Shown in pieces: positions 39,070 to 47,785 of a stretch of 64,000 nt of DNA (positions are counted from its first letter, which is position 1; every line of letters starts with the position of its first letter). A program made the translations under genes and the position numbers. Below the pieces are notes generated by a model. That model was not told the DNA's origin. It did no database searches and saw nothing but the letters and a program-made list of their open reading frames with translations. Origin of the DNA: Bacteroidales bacterium (lineage in GTDB: Bacteria; Bacteroidota; Bacteroidia; Bacteroidales; UBA4417); the NCBI GenBank assembly GCA_963665485.1, contig OY762227.1, positions 84,637 through 148,636 of the forward strand, written 5' to 3'.

Positions 39070-40503
39070 ATGAAACTCAACATGAAAAAATTACTAATTA
39101 TTTTCATCGCCATTCTTGGCATATTTCATGCCAATTTGTTGGCGCAACCTGCAAACCGCAACTATGGTCTAAAACCCTGGTATCAATCACCTGAACAAAA
39201 TGTGAATGCCGAATTCCCAGGTATAAATCAAGCCATTGATGCCATTACATTCTCTGATGGAAGCATTAAATTAGATAGTATTATTGCCCAAAAACGCCAA
39301 TTGGAATATTTTACTTATGATAACCTGGGCCATTTGCTTTCTGATAGAACTTATGTAAGTTATGATCCCGTTCTTGATCTGTTCAATTCTGGTTACGAAA
39401 ATCTTTATTCGTATGCCAATGGTTTACTTGTTACATTAACCCATAAAGGATACGACTATATAAACCATGCCTGGAATAATAACTATAAGGCCGAATACAT
39501 AAACGATGTTCAAGGCCATCAAACATTATATACTCTATACGATTGGAATACAATAAATAGTACCTGGGATGCTCGAAGTAAAAACGTATATACGTATAAC
39601 CCAAGCGGGAAAAAAACCTTAGAAACCGACTCAGTATGGAATCAAACTACTTTGAAATTTGACAATTCGTACAAGTACGAGTTTCAGTATGATGCAAATG
39701 GAAATCTAACACTTAAAACAACGTATAATTGGAGAACAGACGTGTTAGAATGGAGCATTTCATCTAAAGATGAAAATACTTACGATGCCAATGGCAACAT
39801 CACTTTAAGTAAAAAATATACGTACAACAACACTGGCCTGAATTATTTATCGGCTCAGTCTGAATACAGCTATGATGCCGGCAATCTAATTACCATAATT
39901 TCATATTCCGGTTCGTATGGCAATCCAACGTTGACCCTTAGCACTAAAATAGAATACAGCTATGATGATAACGGTAACCGTACGCAGGAAATTGACTATG
40001 ATTGGTTCCTTGCTCATCAAGTTTGGACTAATTCGTACAAACGAGTTTATTCCTATGATCCTTCTGTTAATGCGGCCGATGTTTTATGGTCACTGAATGG
40101 TGTTAATTGGATAAAAAACAAAATAACGTCGTTTCAAAATTTCCCATGGTACAATAGCCAATGGACAGCACAACCTGTTCAACAATATTACTATTCCGGT
40201 TATAGTGGTATAATGCCTTTGTCCATTGAACAAACAAGTACAAATAGCATTAGCCTTTACCTATACCCCAACCCTTTCACTATAAGCACAACTATCAAGT
40301 ATAAAGTTACAAAGCCAGGATTTGTATCGTTAAAGGTATTTAATGCAATGGGTACCGAAGTTGTCAGCCTGGTGAACGAGAAAAAGACAGTTGGCGAGTA
40401 TTCTGTTGAGTTGAAAGCTTCAGGATTATCCGATGGTATATACTACTGCCGCTTGCAGGAAGGCTTAATTTCAGAATCAAAAAAACTTGTTTTACAGAAA
40501 TAA
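39070..40503 (+). CDS. secreted YD/RHS-repeat-like protein with T9SS CTD
   Basis: Signal peptide. Repeated Y(S/T)YDANGN motifs (FQYDANGNLTL, NTYDANGNITL, YSYDDNGNRTQ). C-terminal LYPNPFTISTTIKYKV... tail. Confidence 0.75.
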   Translation: MKLNMKKLLIIFIAILGIFHANLLAQPANRNYGLKPWYQSPEQNVNAEFPGINQAIDAITFSDGSIKLDSIIAQKRQLEYFTYDNLGHLLSDRTYVSYDPVLDLFNSGYENLYSYANGLLVTLTHKGYDYINHAWNNNYKAEYINDVQGHQTLYTLYDWNTINSTWDARSKNVYTYNPSGKKTLETDSVWNQTTLKFDNSYKYEFQYDANGNLTLKTTYNWRTDVLEWSISSKDENTYDANGNITLSKKYTYNNTGLNYLSAQSEYSYDAGNLITIISYSGSYGNPTLTLSTKIEYSYDDNGNRTQEIDYDWFLAHQVWTNSYKRVYSYDPSVNAADVLWSLNGVNWIKNKITSFQNFPWYNSQWTAQPVQQYYYSGYSGIMPLSIEQTSTNSISLYLYPNPFTISTTIKYKVTKPGFVSLKVFNAMGTEVVSLVNEKKTVGEYSVELKASGLSDGIYYCRLQEGLISESKKLVLQK

Positions 40504-40561
40504 ATTCACGCGTCCCATCGCCGCAAAAGAGGGGACGTGTTAACTTAAAAATCAACTCATT

Positions 40562-41861
40562 ATGAAAATAAAACTTTTACTCTTAGTGTTCCCCATTTTA
40601 TTTACAACCACAAACTTGCGTGCAGCCGATTTTACGGTTGATGGGATTGCTTACTCTATTACATCCGCTACCTCACCATATACCGTGGCAGTAAGTTTAA
40701 AATCACCTGGTTACACTGGTGTGGTAACTATCCCTGCCTCGGTAAGCTACAATTCTATTAACTATTCGGTAACTTCTATAGGAGTTAGCGCTTTTCAGAA
40801 TTGCGCCGGTTTAACCTCCGTAACCATCCCTAATTCAGTAAGTTCTATTGGGACTCAGGCTTTTTGCTATTCTGCAGGTTTAACTTCTGTAACCATTCCT
40901 AATTCAGTAAATTCAATTGGAACACGAGCTTTTTTATAATTGTACAGCTTTAACCACCGTTACCATCCCTGCATCAGTAACTTCTATCGGGGTTGAAACC
41001 TTTACCGGTGTAGGCAGTATTGATGTAAATAGTAATAATCCTAATTATTCAGGTATTGACGGAGTGCTTTACAACAAAGCCCAAACAATACTTATTCATT
41101 GCCCTAAATCAAAAACAGGCAGTTTTGATATTCCCTCCCAGGTAACTTCAATCGGGAATGGTGCTTTTTTAGGTTGTGAAAGTTTGGCTTCAGTAACCAT
41201 TCCCAATTCGTTAAACACCATAGGAGATAACACTTTTTATTCGTGTTCCAACCTCTCAAGTATTATCTTACCTAATACGTTAACTGCGATAGGAGATTAT
41301 GCTTTTGCACATTGCGGAAAATTATCAACATTTACCATCCCCCCATCAGTAACTTCTATTGGAGAATTTGCATTTTATGATTGTACTGGTTTAACTACTG
41401 TTACCATTAATAATTCGGTAACTTTAATTAAAAGATATGCCTTCGAAGATTGTACCGGTTTAACCACTCTGTATGCCAACAGTCCCACTCCGATTGACTT
41501 AAGCAGTAGTCCGTATGTATTTTATAATGTACATACTTCCACATGCACATTGTATGTGCCCAATGGTTCCAAAAGTCTATATTCGGTAGCTGATCAATGG
41601 AAAGACTTTATAAATATAGTGGAACATACAGTTACCGGCATCGCCACCGTAGCGGCATCCAAATTAAACATCAGGGTAATCGGACACACAGTGGAAATAG
41701 GTTTGCCGGAAAAACCGGCACAGATTCAGGTAGTTGATATTAGTGGCAGGCAGTTATACAACGAAAAACCGTCGGGCAGTACAATTTCCATTAGCCTTCC
41801 GCAGGCGGGTGTATATTTGATAAGGGTAGGAAATAAAACTACAAAACTGGTGGTAAAATAA
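40562..41861 (+). pseudogene. BspA-type leucine-rich-repeat surface protein with T9SS-like CTD, frameshifted in a T6 run
   Basis: Track ORFs 40562-40939 and 40917-41861 join if the T run at 40930-40935 is T5. That would read ...[18 protein letters not shown]..., matching the repeat consensus (F.[18 protein letters not shown]). Confidence 0.75.
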
Positions 41862-41965
41862 GTGCGAATTAGCCCTCACCCGCACTCTCTTGCTTGTGAG
41901 TGGAATAGAGAAAATTAATTCTTAATGCAAAATAAACAAACTTAAAATCAGATAGGGAAAACAGT

Positions 41966-44128
41966 ATGAAAACAAAACTTATACTTTTATTATTCATCAT
42001 TGCCTTAACAATCACAAACCTGCGCGCAGCCGACTTTACGGTGAATGACATTGCATACTCTATTACTTCCGCTTCGGCGCCATATACAGTAGCAGTAAGC
42101 AAAAAATCGCCTATCTACGCGGGAACTGTAACTATTCCCAACGTGGTAAGCTACAATTCAATCAGCTATTCGGTAACTTCTATCGCGGAGCGTACTTTTC
42201 AAAGTTGCACTGGTTTAACCTCCGTAACTATTCCCAATTCGGTAACTTCTGTCGGGAGATATGCTTTTGATAATTGCACCGGTTTAACCTCTGTTATACT
42301 TCCAAATTCGATAACTTCTATCGCGTCTTACACTTTTGATGGTTGCATCGGTTTAACCTCTGTTACCATTCCCAATTCAATAACTTCCATCGGGGCTAGT
42401 GCTTTTAATGGTTGCACCGGATTAACCGCTGTTATCATACCCAATTCGGTAACTTATTTAGGGGATTATGCCTTTGATGGTTGTAGCGGTTTAACCTCTG
42501 TTACCATTTCCTCCTCTATACTATCTATCGGAGATCATGCTTTTTATAAATGCACAGGATTAACCTCTGTAACGATTCCCAATTCGGTGACTTCTATCGG
42601 GCAATATGCTTTTTATAAATGCACAGGATTAACCTCAGTAACTTTTCCCAATTCGATAACTTCTATCGGGACTGATGCCTTTAATGGTTGTACCGGTTTA
42701 ACCTCTGTTACTATTCCCAATTCGGTAACTTATATCGGGGGGTGGGCCTTTGAAAATTGCACCGGTTTAACCTCTGTTATCCTCCCTAATTCGGTAACTT
42801 TTATCGGGACCAGTGCTTTTAGTGGTTGCACTGGCATAATTTCCATCTATGCCTGCAAACAAACGCCAATCAATTTTTACAACAATACAGGCGTATTTGA
42901 TTATATAGATAAAACCAAATGTACACTTTACGTACCCATAGGCTCCAAAAGTTTATATACTGCTGCATATCAGTGGGAAGAGTTTACAAATACCAAGGAA
43001 AGTAGCACGGCCGGCTTTATGGTGAATGGCATTGTTTACATCATCACCTCATCTACTTCTCCTTATACCGTTGAAGTCGCTGCTGGCGGCACCTCCTCAG
43101 ATGTGGTTACTATCCCTGCCTCGGTTAGCTGCAATTCAATCAGCTATTCGGTAACGTCTATAGGAAATTATGCTTTTAATCAGTTCACTGGTATAAGCTC
43201 GGTTACCCTTCCCGGTTCGGTGACCGAAATCGGGAGTTATGCTTTTTACGGATGCACTGGTTTAACAAGTATTACCATCCCCTTATCGGTATCGTCAATT
43301 GGGAAATATGCTTTTACATTTAACAGCTGTTTATTTTATGTTGATGGCAATAATGCATACTTTTCAAGTAAAGACGATGTGCTTTACAATAAAGTACAAA
43401 CAACACTTATTCAATGCCCCGCGTCAAAAACAGGCGGCTTTGATATCCCCGCTTCGGTAACTTCTATTGCGGATGGTGCTTTTGAAAATTGCTCCGGGAT
43501 AACGTCAGTTAGCCTCCCTAATTCACTTACATACATCGGGGATAATGCTTTTAATGGTTGCTCTGGTTTAACTTCAGTCTGCCTCCCAAATTCGCTTACC
43601 CGAATTGGGGATTATGCCTTTTACAAATGCACCGGTTTAACCTCTGTTACTATAACTGCATTGGTTGTTATCAGTCCTAACGCAGTAACTGCTATCGGGG
43701 ATTATGCTTTTGATAAATGCACCAATTTAATCTCGCTGTATGCAAACAGCGCAATACCGATTAATTTGAGACTTAATTCGGACGCAAATTATACCGGATT
43801 TAATTCTGATATCATACTGTATGTACCAATTGGTTCAAAAAGCCTGTACGCATCAGCGCCGGTGTGGAAAGATTTTAAAAACATCGTGGAGCATACAGTT
43901 ACCGGCATTGCCACTATTAGTGCGTACAGTCTAAATATCAGGGTAACCGGGCGCACGGCTGAAATCGGCTTGCCAGAAGAATCCGCACACGTTCAGATTG
44001 TTGATATTAGCGGAAGGCAGCTTTACAACGGAAAACCGACAGGCAGCACATTTTCCATTACATTTCCTCATGCGGGCATCTATTTGGTAAAGGTGGGAAA
44101 TAGAACGGCTAAACTGCTTGCTCCATAA
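41966..44128 (+). CDS. BspA-type leucine-rich-repeat surface protein (two fused LRR modules) with T9SS-like CTD
   Basis: Signal peptide. More than 15 repeats of ~23 aa ([23 protein letters not shown]). The N- and C-termini are paralogous to the preceding gene. Confidence 0.85.
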   Translation: MKTKLILLLFIIALTITNLRAADFTVNDIAYSITSASAPYTVAVSKKSPIYAGTVTIPNVVSYNSISYSVTSIAERTFQSCTGLTSVTIPNSVTSVGRYAFDNCTGLTSVILPNSITSIASYTFDGCIGLTSVTIPNSITSIGASAFNGCTGLTAVIIPNSVTYLGDYAFDGCSGLTSVTISSSILSIGDHAFYKCTGLTSVTIPNSVTSIGQYAFYKCTGLTSVTFPNSITSIGTDAFNGCTGLTSVTIPNSVTYIGGWAFENCTGLTSVILPNSVTFIGTSAFSGCTGIISIYACKQTPINFYNNTGVFDYIDKTKCTLYVPIGSKSLYTAAYQWEEFTNTKESSTAGFMVNGIVYIITSSTSPYTVEVAAGGTSSDVVTIPASVSCNSISYSVTSIGNYAFNQFTGISSVTLPGSVTEIGSYAFYGCTGLTSITIPLSVSSIGKYAFTFNSCLFYVDGNNAYFSSKDDVLYNKVQTTLIQCPASKTGGFDIPASVTSIADGAFENCSGITSVSLPNSLTYIGDNAFNGCSGLTSVCLPNSLTRIGDYAFYKCTGLTSVTITALVVISPNAVTAIGDYAFDKCTNLISLYANSAIPINLRLNSDANYTGFNSDIILYVPIGSKSLYASAPVWKDFKNIVEHTVTGIATISAYSLNIRVTGRTAEIGLPEESAHVQIVDISGRQLYNGKPTGSTFSITFPHAGIYLVKVGNRTAKLLAP

Positions 44129-44289
44129 TCACCAGGAGGAAATGCTGTTAATTGAAATAAACTGTTAAAATCCGAAGCAGGAGTTACTTTCTGATAATGA
44201 ATATTTCTCTTGCTTTATCCGATAAAAATACCTAACTTGTTTTTTTATATTATATCAAAGTGATAGTTAATAGTCTAAAACATATTTCC

Positions 44290-46116
44290 ATGAAAACGCT
44301 GAGAATACTTCCCTTTCCCGGATTATTGGTATTAATCCTTTTAAATATAAACATTTCAGCGTTTGCCACCGGTGGCGTTTTGAGTGGAAACGGTACGGCA
44401 GGTAGCCCATATTTGGTTAAGGACTATGCTGATCTAAAAGCGATAGGAACAGGTAGTTATACGTTATCGAAAGTTTACCGTCTCACCAATGATATTGATG
44501 CTTCAGCATCGAAAACAGAAAACGGAGGAAGCGGTTTTGTTCCGATAGGCAACGAAACAACCAATTTTACGGGCAAATTTCACGGCAGTGGTCATGCAAT
44601 TAAAAATCTTAATATCCAGCGTCCGACGGCTAATTATATAGGGCTTTTTGGTTATAGTACCCTTTCAACAATTGACAGCCTGGGAGTAACAAACGCAAAG
44701 ATCGTTGGAAATTATTATGTAGGTTGCATTGTTGGATTTAATAAGGGCATAACAAGCAACAGCTATTCAAGCGGAACTGTTACCGGCATCAGTGTTGTCG
44801 GCGGTATTGCTGGTGAAAACGACGACACAATCATTAACTGCTCTTCATCGAGCAACTGCTATGCAAGCGGCGAAAGACTTAGCGGAAGCACCGTTGGTGG
44901 AATTGCGGGGAGATGCGATTTTGGGGCAATCAGCAATTGTCATTCATCAGGAAACGTAAAAGGTGATATTGTTGAAATTGGTGGTATAGCAGGGCAAATT
45001 GAATTTTCCACTATCAGCCATTGTTATTCAACCGGTAACATAACAGGGGGGGGCTTTGTTGGCGGTATTGCCGGACTTAACCAGCAAGGTACAATTAGCG
45101 TGTGTTATTCGACGGGTAATATAATTAGCAATAGCAATAGCTGTGGTGGTATAGTAGGATCGAATGGTGCAGGTTACACTGGCCCTGGCACAACAATCAA
45201 TTGCTATTCAACCGCTAATGTTACCGGCACTGATGACGCGGGAGGTGTTGCGGGATCTAACAACGACACAATCAGCCTCTGCTATGCAACAGGGAAAGTG
45301 ACCGGAACTTATATCGGTGGAGTTGTCGGGAATAATTATGACGCCACAGTTATTCAGTGTAACTGGAATATAGAAACCACCGGATTAATTTTAGGACATG
45401 GTGATGGCCACAGTACGTTTACAGGATCAGGGTTAACAACAATACAGATGAAAAAGACTTCCAATTTTAGCGGCTGGGATTTCAATAAAGTATGGTTAAT
45501 CCGCACCGATAGCACTTATCCCGGTTTGCGAGGTATAGAAAACGCACCCTTTGCGCTTCCTGATATCCTGAAATCGAACAGAACCTTTACACTTTCCAGG
45601 CTACTGCTGAATGATTATGATATTCAATCAGTACATAAAAATCTTGTGCTGAAAATAGTGAGAGTAAGCGAAGGCACAACGGATAGCGTAAGCAAATTCA
45701 CGTTCCCCGCAAATGTTTCCAACGGCCAAGTGGATACTCTGTTCTATCGTGTAGGGAAAGCCCTTGCGGCAGATACCTTGTGGGGTAACATTGCAAAAGC
45801 AGTTATCACACTTGATGAAACTTTCACATCCCTAGAATTATATACGGGAGAATCATCGTTGCTAATACAGAATTATCCCAACCCATTTACTTCAGTCACA
45901 ACAATCAAATACAAAATTACAGAGCCAGGCTTTGTATCGATTAAGGTATTTAGTGTAATGGGCTCTGAAGTTGCAACCCTTGTGTGTGAAGAGAAAACTG
46001 CCGGAGAATATTCAGTTGAGTGGAATGCTGATGGTTTTAGAAATGGGATTTATTTCTGCAAACTGCAAAAAAATGGGAACAGCTTTGAATTAAAAAAAAT
46101 GATGCTCTTAAAATAA
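44290..46116 (+). CDS. GLUG-motif repeat protein with T9SS CTD
   Basis: Signal peptide. Repeated ...VGGIAG.N.GTI..CYSTGNVTG... units characteristic of the GLUG motif. C-terminal NYPNPFTSVTTIKYKI... tail. The ATG at 44290 is preferred over the GTG at 44260. Confidence 0.8.
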   Translation: MKTLRILPFPGLLVLILLNINISAFATGGVLSGNGTAGSPYLVKDYADLKAIGTGSYTLSKVYRLTNDIDASASKTENGGSGFVPIGNETTNFTGKFHGSGHAIKNLNIQRPTANYIGLFGYSTLSTIDSLGVTNAKIVGNYYVGCIVGFNKGITSNSYSSGTVTGISVVGGIAGENDDTIINCSSSSNCYASGERLSGSTVGGIAGRCDFGAISNCHSSGNVKGDIVEIGGIAGQIEFSTISHCYSTGNITGGGFVGGIAGLNQQGTISVCYSTGNIISNSNSCGGIVGSNGAGYTGPGTTINCYSTANVTGTDDAGGVAGSNNDTISLCYATGKVTGTYIGGVVGNNYDATVIQCNWNIETTGLILGHGDGHSTFTGSGLTTIQMKKTSNFSGWDFNKVWLIRTDSTYPGLRGIENAPFALPDILKSNRTFTLSRLLLNDYDIQSVHKNLVLKIVRVSEGTTDSVSKFTFPANVSNGQVDTLFYRVGKALAADTLWGNIAKAVITLDETFTSLELYTGESSLLIQNYPNPFTSVTTIKYKITEPGFVSIKVFSVMGSEVATLVCEEKTAGEYSVEWNADGFRNGIYFCKLQKNGNSFELKKMMLLK

Positions 46117-46225
46117 TAATCAGCCTGTGAAAGGTCAGCTCTCTCAGGTTTGTCTTTGTACAAGCATATATTAAATCTTAAAACCAATAAATCAAATCCA
46201 TGAACCTAAAATACCTTAAACCAAC

Positions 46226-46936
46226 ATGAAAAAGATACATACAAAATTTTTCGGCCTTATGTTCTTTTTAGTTTTAGCATTGATCATGGCCATCAGCTGC
46301 AAGAAAGATGAAAACAATAATTCACCGGAAACAGTTACTGATGTTGACGGCAACATTTACCATACTGTTACCATTCACGGCCAAACCTGGATGGTTGAGA
46401 ACCTTAAAGTCACCCATTTGAACGATAGTACCACTGCCATTCCAAATGTTACTAACAACACTACCTGGATAGGTTCAACTACCATGGCTTATTGTTGGTA
46501 TAACAACGATGCCTCAAATAAAACCACGTATGGCGCGCTTTACAACTGGTACGCTGTAAATAACAGCAAATTATGCCCTAAAGGCTGGCGTGTGCCTTCC
46601 AAAGATGAATGGAACACCCTGATCTCCAACCTGGGTGGCGACACTACCTTAGTTGGCGGATATTTAAAAGAAGCCGGCACAACACATTGGGTTTCACCAA
46701 ATACAGGCGCCGATAACAGCAGTGGATTTTCGGCACTTCCGGGAGGCAGCTGCTATCATACGAATGGTTCATTCTACTATAATGGAAAATATGGCTGGTA
46801 TTGGAGTTCGACAGGAACCTCAACAACCGAAGCATGGCACATATATGTGAACTATAATACAAGCAGCATATTCGGGAAAACAGGTTCATGGAAAGATGGA
46901 TTTTCGGTCCGTTGTATTAAAGGATTACCTAAATAA
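46226..46936 (+). CDS. FISUMP domain lipoprotein (second copy)
   Basis: Lipobox (MAISC). DVDGNIYHTVTIHGQTWMVENL, LYNWYA, CPKGWRVPSKDEW, GFSVRCIKG. Confidence 0.85.
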   Translation: MKKIHTKFFGLMFFLVLALIMAISCKKDENNNSPETVTDVDGNIYHTVTIHGQTWMVENLKVTHLNDSTTAIPNVTNNTTWIGSTTMAYCWYNNDASNKTTYGALYNWYAVNNSKLCPKGWRVPSKDEWNTLISNLGGDTTLVGGYLKEAGTTHWVSPNTGADNSSGFSALPGGSCYHTNGSFYYNGKYGWYWSSTGTSTTEAWHIYVNYNTSSIFGKTGSWKDGFSVRCIKGLPK

Positions 46937-47148
46937 AAAATGCGGTATTATCAATTTATGATTTGTTTGAGATGAGGTTTCAACAAGATCAAAGGAAGTA
47001 AAACCTGCCGGAAATTATCTGTTAATCTTGATGGGATAAATATTCCGGTTGAGGCTCATTTTGTGAAACGCGTGGCTGGCAACTCTATGACAATGAAAAA
47101 GCTATTTTCAAAATGTACTGTAATCACTGGCTCATATAAACCTGGTAC

Positions 47149-47724
47149 CTATTTTTCAGTATTTTTAGGATTCCTTGAACAATAAACCATATGATCATTT
47201 ACCATACCGGCGGCCTGCATAAACGCATAGCAAATGGTTGATCCTACGAATTTGAAACCTCTTTTGATCAAATCCTTGCTCATGGCATCCGATTCGGTAG
47301 ATTTTGCAGGAATTTCGCTGAGTTTGGCAAAGTGATTGTATTTGGTTGTTCCACCGGTAAACTGCCAGATATACTTATCGAAGGTGCCGAACTCAGACTG
47401 CACCCTGAGAAAAGCCTGTGCATTGGTTACAGTTGAGCGGATTTTTAACTGGTTTTTTATAATGCGCGAATCCTGCATCAGTTCCTGGATTTTATCTTCT
47501 CCATACTTCGAAATTTTAACCACGTCAAAATGATCGAAAGCAGCCCTGAAACCTTCGCGGCGGTGAAGGATAGTTTTCCAGCTCAATCCTGCTTGAAAAG
47601 CATCCAGAATCATAAATTCAAAAAGCTTTTGGTCGTCGTGCAGTGGAACGCCCCATTCGGTATCGTGGTATTCGATCATTAAAGGATCGTTGCCGGGCCA
47701 GTTGCAGGTGTTGAGGGTTTGCAT
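47149..47724 (-). CDS. tag: DNA-3-methyladenine glycosylase I
   Basis: CNWPGNDPLMIEYHDTEWGVPLHDDQKLFEFMILDAFQAGLSWKTIL matches the Tag N-terminal signature, at 191 aa. Confidence 0.92.
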   Translation of the reverse strand: MQTLNTCNWPGNDPLMIEYHDTEWGVPLHDDQKLFEFMILDAFQAGLSWKTILHRREGFRAAFDHFDVVKISKYGEDKIQELMQDSRIIKNQLKIRSTVTNAQAFLRVQSEFGTFDKYIWQFTGGTTKYNHFAKLSEIPAKSTESDAMSKDLIKRGFKFVGSTICYAFMQAAGMVNDHMVYCSRNPKNTEK

Positions 47725-47747
47725 GGGTGGTTGATTTTAGAATTAAG

Positions 47748-47777
47748 GTGCTGAGTGCTATGTGCCTTGTGCTGAGC
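47748..47777 (+). repeat. heptanucleotide (NGTGCTN) microsatellite, solo copy
   Basis: GTGCTGAGTGCTATGTGCCTTGTGCTGAGC sits between the mtnA stop and the tag start. Its first 18 nt are identical to 48855-48872. Confidence 0.85.
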
Positions 47778-47785
47778 GGGAAATG

